From Felis catus (lineage: Eukaryota): a DNA stretch of 64,000 nucleotides. Position 1 is the stretch's first letter. Every line of letters begins with the position of its first letter. The position numbers were made by a program, and so were the translations under genes. The notes below the pieces were generated by a model that was not told the DNA's origin, did not search any database, and saw only the letters and a program-made list of their open reading frames with translations. This document shows, piece by piece, positions 37,843-51,701 of the stretch. The stretch lies in assembly GCF_018350175.1 (NCBI RefSeq), contig NC_058368.1, positions 161,016,001 through 161,080,000 on the forward strand, in the 5' to 3' direction.

Positions 37843-39575
37843 AGTCTTCTGGTTTCAGTAAGGACGTGTGCAAAGCTTAAAAACGTGTCTTTCCCACTGG
37901 GAAGATTTCAAGTTAATGACTTCCCTTTAATGATTAAATCTGAGTTCACAGGACAACCAAATCTGGAGAGAGACACGACACTGCACAGAGCAACCAAATC
38001 CAAATCCAAATCCAAAGCATTGGATTACTAGAGGCAAATGATGCCAGACAGCATATCAGCTAATGACATACAGAGACCAGATAAACTGTTCTTTCTCAAA
38101 TAACCAAAAAGTGAACAAAACAGAGTAAAACCCTGATTTGAGAACATAATTCATTCCAGAAACATGCTTGTAATCCAAAGCACTTATACATCAAAGTGAA
38201 TTTCCCCATAAGAAATAATGGAACCTCAAATGATTCATGCTACAACACAAAAATATTTATATAAAATGACAATACTATAACATAATACAAAACAATAAAG
38301 CAAATACAAAATATAAAGAAAAATAAACAAATCAACCTGCACTTACCTGTGTAAACCTTTGTGGCTGGAGTGAGGGAGATAAGAGAAAGGAGGGTTATTG
38401 TGTAAGAAGACTTTCACTATCACTAATGGAATCATTGCTATCTATTGGCTCAATGGAATCTTTTTCTGCATGGGGGCCATTGTACATGCTTGCACAGATG
38501 TTTACTACACATACAGTGTTAATAAACTTTGGTCATACTGTATTTAATGTAACTGGCAGTAAGGTAGCAGGGGAAAGGGTCTATATCTGTAGGTAGCCTG
38601 ACCTAGAATGAAGCAAAGCATTCCAAATCTTACTCTTATAAGGACAAGCAAAAGACTGTACATAGGTGCTTTGAAGTGATAAAAAATACACTAGTGCCAG
38701 TCGTGGGCACCTTCCAACATTCTGAAAAATCACTGATTTCTGCCAAACACCATGATCTGAGACCAAGCATCCAAACATGGGAGATGATCACCCACAGTCC
38801 CACAGCGAGAGAGAGAACCATTGGCTCAGTTGATATCATGTTACATTCAGTGTCACATACTACTTGTATTGCAAGACATTGCTTGCTTATCAAGTTAAAA
38901 TTTATTAAATGTTTGCTCATCTTGCAGAACACTCACAGAACAAGTTACTCATAATCCAAGTTTTTCGTGTACATGATGCGGCATTAAGCAAGATGCTGTA
39001 CGTCAGGCAACAAAAGCAATCCCTTAGAGATGGGAACAAAGAAGTGAACACTGTAATTCTGAATCAGTACATGGAGCTTCCAGATACAGGGCAGAAAGTA
39101 GGAGCCCAGCTGGATAACAGTGGTTTGGAAGGACAGAGTTGAAAATCTGGGGAAAGAAAGCGGGCCAGAGCTCTTGCAACATAGTGTCAGAGAAAACAGT
39201 GCTATGCAGGGAATGAACCACTGGGGTTTGCAGAGTCACACTTGAGAATTCCCAGTGCTGAGGAAACCACTGGAGGGCTGGGGAAAGAACCATCCAAAAG
39301 GATAGGAGGTAGCCGTACCTAGCGCTCAGACAGGGCCAGGAAGAGTGCCTGTCCCACCAACCAGACTGAAAAATCTCAAAATATATCATGCTTCCCTTGG
39401 TAATGGAGAATAATTAGTCATAAACTGGTCCCATTTGGCAAATCTCAAAAGCAATACCTGAAAGATTTAACTATTTTCAAGGAAAATGTTTCCTTGAACA
39501 CAGTTTAAGTATATGGATAGGAATGCAAATACATTCAATACTCAACAAGGTAAAAATAAGGAAGCAGGACAGTAG
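37843..39575 (+). mobile_element. Ancient L1M 5'UTR-like region, interrupted by Tigger-like copy 2
   Basis: Composition and motifs resemble old L1M 5' regions ('cttctggtttcag', 'cagagtcacacttgagaattcccagtgctgagg'). Confidence 0.4.
38123..38969 (-). mobile_element. Non-autonomous Tigger-like DNA transposon, copy 2 (inverted relative to copy 1)
   Basis: Reverse complement aligns along the full length with 29457-30287 (55/60 identity in one hand-checked block); right flank TA at 38970-71, left flank CA (probably a mutated TA). Confidence 0.85.
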
Positions 39576-39579
39576 GACC

Positions 39580-39870
39580 TCTCTGGGAGGCCTTGCTCTC
39601 TCTGTTATTTTGTCACATCAACTCTTTTGTCACAAACTTCAAGTTTTCTCCTAAATTCAGTAAGACTTTTAAAGATTGTGTTTGCACTGTATTCTGGTAG
39701 TAAACTGGGGCAATCAGAAGGATCACCTCATTTATCTGTTTTTCCCCCTTGGATATCACTGCCCTGTGCTGTTTTCAAGTCTGAAAACTGCTCTTTTGTA
39801 TATTGTGTCCTGTTCTCCTTGCTTAGCAAATGAAGCTAAATCTGCTCCCTGCTACTTCATTTTCAGTATA
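39580..39870 (-). mobile_element. Ancient L1M 5'-region fragment
   Basis: 'aaactggggcaatcagaaggatcacctcattt...tctgaaaactgctcttttgtatattgtgtcc'. Confidence 0.45.
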
Positions 39871-40189
39871 GTTTTGACTTTTAAATACCTGAAGAATTGA
39901 TAAGAATGCAAAAAAACCCCAAAAAATCCTAAATTTGCATATGATTAGAAAAACAATGAATTAAATTTTATTTGTAAAAATTAACATAAGCACATTGAAA
40001 GGAAGAAATAAATGGATCCAACTAACATTTGAATGAAAAGTTTTAGAGGTAAATCCTTAAACAAAAGAAATCCATAAGCAAATATTGAGCTCTATTTTGG
40101 AATGTTTATTTGCACTGGTTTTTGTTTGTTTTAATGCAGTCTGAATATAATGAGAGTCAGGTTTCTCACAGCCAGAGAAGAAAGTTATA

Positions 40190-41290
40190 TATATGGAAAA
40201 GTGGAAAGACAGAATGAACACTGTGTTGTTGAATTGGATTTGGAGGTATCTTTGAAAGTTCACAATTTAGTAGATAGGTAAGTAGGTAGATAGATATGCA
40301 CATATAGATATACACACATATGTGTACATATGTCTATGTGTATGTGTATGTATCTATGAATATGCATATATTTTTCCTTAGCTATGTCTGATGAGAAGGT
40401 TTAGGAACAATTAAACCTTAGTAGTTAGGGTACACCTAAGGCCAGTATCTTGGTTTCTACTCAGTATTCCTTGAAAGGAAACAGGGCTCATTTGGGAATA
40501 CTATTTCCCAGGAATGGGATGGAGAAAATAAGGATGAGGCTGCAACAGCTTGTGCCAAAAAATAAAGTAATGGTAATGTATTAAACTAGAAAGTAAGGAA
40601 ATGCTCAAACAATGATATGAATATGTCAGAAGGATACAGAAAAGGGTTGGAGGAGTCTCCACTCTCCAAATCTGAGATGATTTTAGCATTGAAATAAGTA
40701 ATAACTTATAACCTATTGAATACAACAGGAATCCTTGATTCTATAGTAATATTAATTAACAGGAGAAAGGAAAAGCTCTTCTTTACAACAGAATGCTAAC
40801 TAGTAAGTGTAGAAGATAGGAGATGTTTTTGAATCACTATATTGAAAACTTAGTAGCAAAATAATTAGTTCAGGCAAGTATCATCAATAGATACTAAAAT
40901 ACATGGGTGAAAGTTTGATGAGAAACTGTCTATGCAGTCTCAAAGAATCTCTCCTCTAACATAAAGGGAAACAATAGTAAGCCATAGTTCAAAAAAGCTG
41001 GCCACACAAATTTAAGCAAAATTAACCTTACCATATTGGCAAAATTCAAACTTCTGTGTCTCCAGATGTAATTTACCAAGAGAAACACACAGAGATGCAT
41101 TTGTGAGATCCTTGTGAAAAGTATCACATGAATCAAATAATGAGGAAACATCACAGGAACCCTAGTTAAGAGACATTCTTCAAAATAACTGACCTGTTCT
41201 CTAGACAATTGATTGTTGTGCATAACTGACCAATGATCTAAGTCAGTTACCTCAAAAATAAGGGTTACAAGAAGAATAGGAAGATAGTGT
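40190..41290 (+). mobile_element. L1MC/MD-like 3'UTR
   Basis: 'tgaattggatttggaggtatc', 'atcttggtttctactcagtattccttgaaaggaaacagggctc', 'tgggtgaaagtttgatgagaaac'. Confidence 0.65.
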
Positions 41291-41559
41291 TGGATAATTT
41301 TTTTAAAGTAGAAAAAGATAAAAAATCTCATCTAATCTAAATATTTTTTTTCAGTGCTAAATCCAGGGACATATGTGTACTATTTATAAAGAAACATTTC
41401 CTAACATTCCAAGTTATTTTCCAGAACTCATTTCTCTATTTTCCCCCAGTGATGAGAACTTTAAAACTTAAACTGAGATAATGGTACTAACAAGAAATAC
41501 TTGCCAATATAAAAATATCGCTCACGCACTAATGGTCTACTTTTAACCAAATCTTGTAC

Positions 41560-41790
41560 CATCATCCTTCTCATGCCATCTTCAGCACTAACAAACTACT
41601 GAGCATTTTTTTAATTTTACCAGCTGTATTTTAGGTCAGGGTCTTTGAACTTGCTCTTGCCTTTTCTGGGAATGCTTTCTTCCAAACATGTACTAGAATT
41701 TCTTCTAGCTTCATGTTTCATCAGCTCTCTACCCAAATGCCATGATTTAGTGAAGTGTTCTCTGATTACTCTCTGTAAAATACTGTCCTT
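41560..41790 (+). mobile_element. L2 fragment
   Basis: 'agggtctttgaacttgctcttgccttttctgggaatgctttc' is L2a-like. Confidence 0.55.
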
Positions 41791-42352
41791 TTTGAATCAT
41801 TGTTTATAAATCAGTCTTTTTCCCCTTTGTATCATATGAAGCACTTTATATATTTACCATTATCCCTTCAAGGACACAGTGTGCAGCAGAGTTACAAGCA
41901 AATGAACCAAATGTTTAGAATTAATTCCAAATCCAATAGCTTTACTGACTTTACCAAGACATGTTTCAAAAATCATTCTATTGAATCTTTGCCAACAATT
42001 ATTCAGGAATTGGTTTTAGGTTTTATTTTCCAGGATGTCAATGAAACACGTTGGAGCTAATAATACTTTTTCTGGTTCTATGTCTATGTCTGTTTTTTTA
42101 TAAAGATGTTCTTCTGAACCATGAGACTATGGCCCACCCTCAAAGTTTTGCCAATAAGGCAAAGAGTGAATGAGAAAGAAATCAATGTGTAGGCCACTAA
42201 CCAGGACTGGTGCCCAGGGCTCTGGGCCCCTCACTTTAGTTTGAAGATTCTCTCGGGCTGAAAAGTGATTTCAAGTGATGCCTGAGACCTGGCTCTATCT
42301 ATGACTCAAGGGAAATGGGATACAAAACTCCCAGTTTTAAGCTATATTCCAC

Positions 42353-44455
42353 TTTTTATGGTTCCATACAACTTTAAAAATTTTTTGTTCTAGTTCTGTG
42401 AAATTGCTGTTGGCATTTTGATAGGAAGCGTACTAAATCTGTAGACTGTTTTGGGTTGTCTGAACATTTTAACAATGTTTGTTCTTCCAATCCATGAGCA
42501 TAGAATTTCTTTGTGTCATCTTCAATTTCTTTCATTACTGTTTTATAGTTTTCATAGTACAGATCTCTAAGTATCTTATTATTTTGGGGGCAGTTCTAAA
42601 TGGGATTAATTACTTTCTCTTTCTATTGTTTCAATATTAGTGTATCAAAGTACATTTTTCTGCAGAGTAATTTTGTACTCTGCAACTTTACTGAATTCCT
42701 TTATAAGTTCTAGTAGTTTTTTCTTTTCTTTTTGGTGGAGTACGTATGGTTTTTTACAAAAGACCTTGAATTGCCAAAGCAATTTTGAAAATTAAAGCAA
42801 AGCTGGAGATATCATGATTTCAGACTTCATGTTATATTACAAAGTGGGAGTAATCAAAACAGTATGTTAATGGCACAAAAATAGACACAGATCAATGGAA
42901 CAGAATAGAAAACTGAGAAATAAACCCATAATTATATAGTTAATTAATCTTCAACAAAGCAGGAAAGAATATTCAATGGGAAAAAGTCTCTTCAACAAAT
43001 GGTGCTGGAAAAACTGGATAGCAGCATGCAAAAGAATGAAACTGGATCACTTTCTTATAGAGGAAAATAAATTCAAAATGGATTAAAGACCTACATGTGA
43101 GACCCAAAACCATAAAAATCCTACAAGAGAGAAAGGCAATAACATCTCTGTCATCAGTTGTAGCAACATTTTTCTAGATATGTCTCCTGAGATAAGGGAA
43201 ATGAAAGCAAAAATAAACTATTAGAACTACATCAAAATAAAAAACTTCTGTATAGTGAAGGAAATAATCAACAAAACTAAAAGGTAACCTTCTGAATGGG
43301 AAAAGATATTTGCAAATGGAATATCCAATAAAATGTTAGTATCCAAAATGTGTAAAGAACTTGTAAAACTCACCCCCAACCAAATAATCAATTAAAAAAT
43401 GGGCAGAACACATACACACACATACTTCTCTAAAGACATCCAGATGGCCAACAGACACATGTAAAAATGCTAAACATCACTCATCATCACAAATCAAACC
43501 TACAATGAGGTATCATCTCACACCTGTCAGAATGACTACAATCAAAAACACAAGAAACAAAAAGTATTGGCAAGTTTGTGGAGGAAAGGGAAACTTGTGC
43601 ACTGTTGGTGGAACTCAAACTGCTTCAGCCACTCTGGAAAACACTACGGAGGTTCCTCAGAAAGTTAACAAGAGAACTACCCTATAATCCACTAATGGAG
43701 CTACTGGGTATTTACATCCAAAATACAAAACCACTATTTTAAAGGATACATGCACACCTCTGTTTATAGCAGCATTATTTACAAATTATGGAAATGGTCC
43801 AAGTGTCCATTGATAGATGAATGGATAAAGAAATGTGGTATAAATATATAATGGAATATTATTCAGCCATAAAAATGTAATCTTCCAATTTTCAATGATG
43901 CGTATGGAGCTATAAAGTATAATATTAAGTGAAATAAATAAGAGAAAGACAAATACCGTATGATTCACTCATATGTGGAATTTAGGAAACAATCATGCAA
44001 AGGAAAAAAAAAAGAGGGAGGGAGGGAGAGAGAGAAATCAAGAAAATACTCTTAACAATAGAGAACCAACTGTTGGTTACCAGAGGGGAGGTGGGTGGGA
44101 GGGTGGGTGACATATGGAATGGGGATTAAGGAGTACACTTGCCACAATAAGCATTGGGTGATGTCTTTTTATTTTATTTATATTCTTGGGAAAGAGAGCC
44201 AGTAGAGGGAGGGGCAGAGAGAGACGGAGAGAGAGAATCCCAACTAGGCTCAGCACTATTGGCACAGAGCCTGAGTCAGAGCTCCATCTCGTGAACTGTG
44301 ACATCATGACCAGAGCTGAAATCAAGAACCAGCCATTTAACTGACTGAGCCACCCAGGCACCATGGGTTATGTATGGAATAGTTGAATCACTGTATTGTA
44401 TACTTGAAACCAAAATGTTAAATATACTGGAATTAAAATTAAAAAGAAATTTAAA
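42353..44455 (+). mobile_element. Carnivoran L1 with a 5' inversion (twin priming): inverted part 42353-~42755, sense part ~42756-44455
   Basis: Antisense ORF2 block starting 'ttttatggttccatac' joins sense 'acaaaagaccttgaattgccaaagc'; the two are adjacent in the L1 consensus; 3'UTR and A-tail present. Confidence 0.88.
44165..44362 (-). mobile_element. CAN-SINE in the L1 3'UTR
   Basis: TSD tgggtgatgt / tgggttatgt. Confidence 0.93.
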
Positions 44456-45641
44456 AAATACATCCAATCTTTCTTTTATGTAAATAATGGGAAAAAATTA
44501 GGAATGTAATTGTAATAAAATGATACCGACTTTTAAAGATATACATACATACTAATGTTAACTTTGGGGGAAAATCAAACTTAAAGGTTTTATTATGTCT
44601 ACAGAGAGAAACCCTGAAAAAGTCACAAAAACCATACACACACATATACTGATTTGGAAAGGAACTTAGTTTTTTTTTTTTTAACAAAAATACTCTATAA
44701 TAATTTTTTGTGAAGTAAAATGGAATTTGGAAAACGAATATTTGTGACACATAGTTTAGAAGTGTTACATAATATATTAAGAGGTAGAATTTTGACAATA
44801 TAAATGATTTTATAAAACAAAGTTGTTCCTGGCTGGCTTTATAATTTGAACTTCTGCCTTGGACGCTTTCGCCAGATTTCAAATTGATCTTTGAATGCCT
44901 AATTTATTTGTCTTGGATACTTTAAAATCTACTTTGACCAAATAGGAAATTAAAATAAAATAAAATTTAAAATGATTTGGCCCTCTTGCTTTCTATCACC
45001 CTCTCTCAAAGATTCCATTTGCCTGTGTAAAATCCATTCAGTTCAGCTCTACCTAATTTGCTGATGGAATTGGAGTCTATTTTGTTCTGTTTCTATTGAA
45101 TTAAAATAGGAAGAAATAATGGACTCTATTCGCCAGCTCTGGGCTTTGCTTGAAATAGGCCCACCTCGGTGGGCACTCTGCCATACCTGGCTGCTTCGTC
45201 TCACTTCTGCCTGACTACGGTTTGGCTCTGCAGTTTATTTCTGCTTATCCAGCTTGTTTCGCTTGGTTGTTTAATGAATAAGCATCTGACTCTGTCTTTG
45301 TTTTATTGAAAAACGCTGTACCACTTTTGGTTTTGCCAGCCAGAGGAGTAAAAGGACAAATTCAAAGCAAAACCTGGGAGCAACTGTGATAGCTTTAGTG
45401 AATAAATAGAGAGGTTTTATGCTAAATGACTCATGCAAGCTTTGAAAAAACACTCCCGAGTATCTAATTGGGAAAAGTTAATGTGTATTTAGTCAGAACA
45501 TATGGTGATGAATTTCTCTGCATTTAAATGTGTGGGAAATGTACACATTGGGCTAGTCTAATTGTTACTTTCAAGATACAAAGATGAATTACAATAGTAT
45601 AAACCCATTACCTAATGCCTTGATTATTTTGCCCAATTTTA

Positions 45642-45856
45642 TAAATTTTTTTTTAACATCTTATTTATTTTTGAGACAGGGAGAGACAGAGCATGAACAG
45701 GGGAGGGTCAGAGAGAGGGACACACAGAATCTGAAACAGGTTCCAGGCTCTGAGCTGTCAGCACAGAGCCCGACGCAGGGCTCAAACTCACGGACCGAGA
45801 GATCATGACCTGAGCCGAAGTCGGCCGCTTAACCGACTGAGCCACCCAGGCGCCCC
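45642..45856 (-). mobile_element. Young CAN-SINE
   Basis: Perfect TSD tattttgcccaatttta (45625-45641 / 45858-45874). Confidence 0.97.
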
Positions 45857-46925
45857 ATATTTTGCCCAATTTTAAGGGTGGTCTACTGCAAATTTTTAGA
45901 GTAACATGATAGCAATGGATTATATGACTATGGAAGGAAGAGGTTTCTTCTAAAACCTCTGGGATCACTGGCATAGCTCCTTCCTTTCAAGACAGCTGAG
46001 GCTAGAACATGGAGTTTTCTTGTTTTTAACTTCTTCACGTGTGAGAGGCTCAACCAGTAATTGAGGACCTACATAAGACAAACACAATTTTTCCTCAAAT
46101 TTTCTTTGTTACCTTCAGCCATACTCTTTCAGAGCCTTTTATTTATTTTCTAAGTACCTTCTAGGCCCTTTTTTCTAACCCCATACTCAATAAACCAAGG
46201 CACTGGGTGCTTTTAAGTCTTTTCCAAGGCCCTTTGGTCTGAAAGGTAAGAAAAGGATATTCTCAGCCTAAAGGTACAGAAGTTATTTCAGTATAAGGAA
46301 ACTATTACCTGAAATTCTAAGGAAATATCAGGGTTAGGATTCCCCTTTTTACAGTGAGTGGATTTCTGACATCCTAAGGAATCTTTAAGAAAAGTAACTG
46401 TCAACCTGGTGTGCATCAGCTTAGAAAGTTTTAAACGTTTTAGGCAGCCAAGTAGTCACGTACAGAAGAATGGAAAAAAGTTCCATCACAAGCTATGTTC
46501 AAAAGTATAACTTGTTGTCTCTGGTTTATATCTCTTTCAAGAAGAACCTCACTTCTATACAACTCTTAAAAACCTCATCTCGTTTCTGGCTTCTTCCCAA
46601 ACAATATCACAAGTAGCCAATCAGGAAAGGATGGATAAATCAATTTGAAAATAAACAAATCTTGTTTTGGTGAATCCCTTCCTAATGTTCTCATGAACAT
46701 TTGACATTTGAAAATGTGTCATCCATAATCCCTGGCAGAACTGACCTTCTTGAAATGTCATGGAATTTGTGTCACTGTGACATCCAGATGATTATCCTAG
46801 CACGTAGCCTACATTCACCAAGCAGAAATGGTGAAAAGCACATGATAATAGAGAACACAGATTACTTTGTGGTGATTCTTTTCAAAGGGAACAATCTGTA
46901 ATATTACCTTAACATGGAATGAAAC

Positions 46926-47170
46926 TGTGGTAGCCACAATATTTAAATGATCCTAGTGACCCCTGTCCTTACATAATCTCTTTTCCCTAGCATAGGTAAA
47001 ATCTGTAACTGTGGTAATTCATTACTCATTATATGGCAAAGGATCTGTCGAAGTAATTAAGGGTACTAATTGGTTGACTTCAGGTTAATCAAAACAGATT
47101 ATCTAGGTAGGCTGAACTAATCACATGAGCTCTTTAGATCTAAGACTAGAGGTAAGAGACAGAGTCTCAA
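46926..47170 (+). mobile_element. MaLR LTR 5' part (MLT1E-like)
   Basis: 'tgtggtagcc...gtaattaagggtactaattggttgacttcaggttaatcaaaacagattatctaggtaggctgaactaatcacatgagc'. Confidence 0.7.
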
Positions 47171-50169
47171 CTCTACAATAATCTGTAACCTTACAAAATC
47201 ACTGTTGGGAAAGGCAGTCTTACGTGCACAGTCTTTCAAGCTCCAATCATGGCCTAAAAGATCTCTCATCATAAGCCAATCTTTTCTTGTATTTGGTACG
47301 TATTATTCCCTTAAGACAAGGTAGCTTATAGTCCAATGTTGTAAGAAACTAGCTTCATAATAACTGCTATTGAAAGTGTTAGAATATTTTTTCAACTTCT
47401 TTTCTCTCCTTGAACACTTTTTACAACTGTGTTTCAATAGACAAAATTAAAATAATCCAAGTATACAGTAAGGAATTCTAGTAAAGTATTGTTCAGTAAC
47501 CAGGTTTTTCCTTGATCTGAATCTAGTAGTACAAATGATACAGAATCTTATTAGACTTGGTGAATAAGTAGTAGCAACTTGAGTAAGACAAACATGTATC
47601 ATATAAACCCTGTGACATTTCAAGTGACTATCCCATTGGTCACTTTCCTACAGGAACTGTGTTCTGTGTATTGTCAGAACGCTTTTTTAAAAAATGAACA
47701 TTAGGTTTCTGCAATGATTGTTGGATCTCTTGGGATTTATGTATTTTGCTGTGACCCATTTACTAGGGAACCCATAAATGCTTCTAGTTATGAAAGGGAC
47801 CCAGAATAAGGGGAGACTATTACTTCAAACTAATTTCAAGCTACTATACAAAATTTCAAGACATTCAATTTTTAAGAACTTGAGGATCTCATGATGCTTA
47901 AAATGGCTGTGGTAAATAAATTAATTGCCATTTCCAAAAGAGAATTATTTCAAAGGTCCTTACGGTTTTAAGGTAAAGCCATGCATTCAGCTGTTAACCA
48001 GTACTTTACAGCTAATCAGCCCTAGCAGAAAATTAATCCTTGACCAAGAGATACCTCAACACTGTGAACTGAACTGTTTATGAGAATTATTTGATGTTAT
48101 CTGACATACCAAGACAGAATAATTTGTTTATAAAAAATCTTAAGTAAAATGGAAATGTTTCATAAAACATCAGACTCAAGCTTGTTTAGAAGGTATAAGG
48201 AAGTTGCATAAGCCTGAGTCCCAGCACATGGCTGAGATATTCAGTTTTTTAGGTTCCTAGGTCAGCTGACCTCAAGCTTTCCTGGCGATCAGAAACATTA
48301 GCAAGATATTGGGAGCTAGAATTAAGAAGAGACCGTGTCTTTCCCATTTCTCTCTGCTTCCAATGATATCTTGGTTATGGCCTTTTCTCTAGCCAGACAG
48401 GCTGTTGCATTTTCAGCTTCTACCAGTTCTGGACCTGAGCGTCAGTAAATGCTGCCTCCCTTTCTTCCTGCAGCAGATTCCTACTAATTTCTGGGGTGGC
48501 CTGCAATAGGCTTTATATCTGGCTATCAATGAAACTGGTATAAATCCTAGGAGTTACACATGAGATAAGTGACACTTTCCACTTTGGTAACTCTCTACTT
48601 TCATGTATACCATTTCTTTCATGATTTAAATGTTAGTTTATTTTCTTTACCTTCATTTATATTCATAAAAAATGAAGAACATATTACAAAATATCCTCAC
48701 ATAAAAATACCCAATATCACTGTTTGAACTTTTCTCTCTCTCAGGGAAACAATTTTTTTCTGGACTAGAATTTTGCCATTATTGCTGTCAGAAATTTGCA
48801 GAGTGATTTTTGACACCATCAGAACTGATGGTGGTTGGTGGTAAGAGAGGTTTCCATTTTACTGAGGCTTTACAGTAAGAATGTTTATTAAAAAATATGT
48901 TTAATTCTATCGGCACATGTGTAGACATTTTTAATGAAACTAAGCCAGACACTTAAAAATACAGTAAGTCAGGATTCTACAGGCTTGGTCTAAGCAATGA
49001 AAGGGTGCAATTTGATAAGCATTTTTAAAGCATTTTTATCCTTACTTCCCTTTATTCAAAATGTCACCTTTTACAGTTCGGTTGGCATTTGGGATGAAAA
49101 GAAATCATTTCCTCTTCCCCAAGTGTGCACAGGGTTGATTATTTCTTTGAATGAACTATCACTTTATCTAAGCAACAGTAACATCTTAAAATACCCTTTT
49201 TTCCCCATTGACCTACATCTCTGTTCCAGATTATTAAGTGTAAAACCAGCAATTCAATCATTTTTTTTAATCCTTCATAACATGGTCTTATCTAATATTT
49301 GCCTTGTGGATATAATTTGAAAGAGAGAATTTCATTAACATTTAAGCTCAGTGAACACATAAGGAAATGCAATTTGTTTTTGATAAATATTCTAATTTCA
49401 GTAACTGCCCTATCTTATTTTCTCTGTAGATTTCTATCTATGGAAACATATATTACTGCTTATGTTACAAATTAAAACCTCTGTGATACAAACCGTTTTG
49501 GGTAGTCCAAATGCAACATTCTTTTTTGGTATTTGCTAATGCGAACTTAAATTCCACTGACATCTTATGACTAGACAGATATAAAATATTCTAGCATTTT
49601 CCAAAACTTTTGAAGATGCAGGGGTAATTTTTTAAATGAGACAAAAATGTCTAACCTATATTCGTAAGTCAAAGTCAGAGACAGATTGGAGCAAGCACCT
49701 AAATATTTAACTGGAAACATCTTTAAAACTGTATCACCTCTAAAGATATAGTATGGATAGGTGTCCTTAATAGAGAAGCAACCATATCCATGTCAGTTAT
49801 TTTAAAATTATAATGCAGTGTCCATCTCACTTATCCAAAGTTTACCAAAATGAGCAAAAATATTTTTAAAATGACTGTACTTGAATAATATTAGGGAATG
49901 ACCATTCACACACAAAAAATATATTATTAAAAACAACAAATAATGAAGAACAATGGAGAAGCAAAAGACAAAAGAGAATGAAAAGGGCCACATAGTATTT
50001 GAAAAGATAAGAAACTCAAGCATAACCATTGAAGTAAATATTAAAATCACAAAATAAGATTATTCTCTTGTGGATATCCTATTAATCACAATCCTTGGTT
50101 CTTGTTACATATTTATAATTTTTCCACTAATGGCCCACGAATGGTTATGTAATGTATTTGATAATGAAA

Positions 50170-50550
50170 AATTCATAATACAAAACCAAAGTGACATCTA
50201 TCAGTAACCCATATCTAACAGCTGACCATTTGGTGCCCTGTGCCACCACACCATCACATATGCCGACCTTTTCTCTACAGAAACAAAGCCCAGTCAGAAA
50301 TCCCATAGTCAGCTAGCTCTTATTTTAAAATATGTTACATGTATATGCTCTTGTTATTAACTTTATAAAAAGGGCAGAATGCTTCATGTAATAGTCTTGG
50401 TTTGTTTCGTATTGCCAACATTCACCTATACTGTGACATTTGTGTAAATCTTTTTTTTTTTTTTTTTTGCATTTGAGACAGAATATACACTACGCCAAAT
50501 ATCATAGTTTATTCTTTTACTCTTCAATGTTATACATTTGGGTTGCTTTG
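50170..50550 (-). mobile_element. Ancient L1ME-like 3' fragment
   Basis: 'aactttataaaaagggcagaatgcttcatgta...catttgggttgctttg'. Confidence 0.5.
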
Positions 50551-51042
50551 AAAAAAAAAATGCTTCATCTTGCAAAATAGAAGAAACAAAGTGGAATAAC
50601 AGTACCCAAGTTGAAGAACAAATTTACTTATGCTATTTTGGTACAAATGTAAATTAATAATGGAAAAAGCCTGGCAATATGTATTTTAAAATAAATATGC
50701 ATTAAACCATTGAAAATACACAAAACTCTATTGTATTGAAATTTGTTGGTATCTTATTGTATCATTATTACAATGAAGCTGGTTTTGTTTCATTTTTTCC
50801 ATAATTTGTTCAAATGATTTCTCTCTTTCCTTTTATCATTTCTCTAATTCAGCAAATTACAAGTGTGCTTTTGTATGTGATTTTCTAAACATATTATACA
50901 AATATTTTATAAATATATAATACTTGTTTAATTTAATAATAACAGCTGGAAGAAAAGATCACCTAAAATCCTGTCACCCAGAGTAGATAATGCACACTTG
51001 GGTGATCATTTTTACTGCATTTCTTTTTAAAATACAACTACA

Positions 51043-51235
51043 GGAGGGCTTGGGTCACTCAGTCTGTTAAGCATTGATGTCTTGATTTCAGTTCTGGTCA
51101 TGATCTCACGGTTTGTGGAATCGGCCTCTGCACTGACTACACACAGCCTCCTTGTGATTCTCTCTCTCCCTCCTCTCTGCCCCTCCCCCACCCCCCTGCA
51201 GGCTCTCTCTCAAAATAAATAAACTTAAAAAAATT
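51043..51235 (+). mobile_element. CAN-SINE
   Basis: TSD aaaatacaactaca / aaaggacaactaca. Confidence 0.92.
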
Positions 51236-51574
51236 AAAGGACAACTACACACTTAAACACAAATAATTCTATATCTATACTCTATCATATGTGATATTTT
51301 GAATGTGCCTACCTTTCTGTTACTAAATTTACTAAAATCATCTGCAATGTCTATTTAAACTTAAATACAAACAACTATTGGCCAGACAATTATTTATTTA
51401 TTTATTTTAAGGAAACAATAGAATGGAAAATTTCTATTTCTAATATGGAAATATTTCTAATTTGGAAAACTATTTCTAATATGGAAAACTTAAAATCAAC
51501 TTCAATTGACAAACACAGACAATTGTCTAAGAAAATTAAATGTAATTAAAATTAAAATTAAAGTATGGTGCATT

Positions 51575-51657
51575 TATTAAATAGAATGTTATATAGCATT
51601 AAATTGAATGTTATTAAATAGAATGTTATATATATATATATGCTATTAAATAGAATG

Positions 51658-51697
<40 letters not shown>
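51575..51697. repeat. Tandem copies of 'ttaaatagaatgttat' with (TA)n expansions
   Basis: Four related units are directly visible. Confidence 0.85.

Positions 51698-51701
<4 letters not shown>

Noticed and set aside
44451..44882. 143 aa minus-strand ORF
   Set aside because: AT-rich F/Y/I/K-biased frame starting at a non-ATG codon; no homology recognised
48200..48510. Possible LTR33-like fragment
   Set aside because: No clear termini or TSD seen
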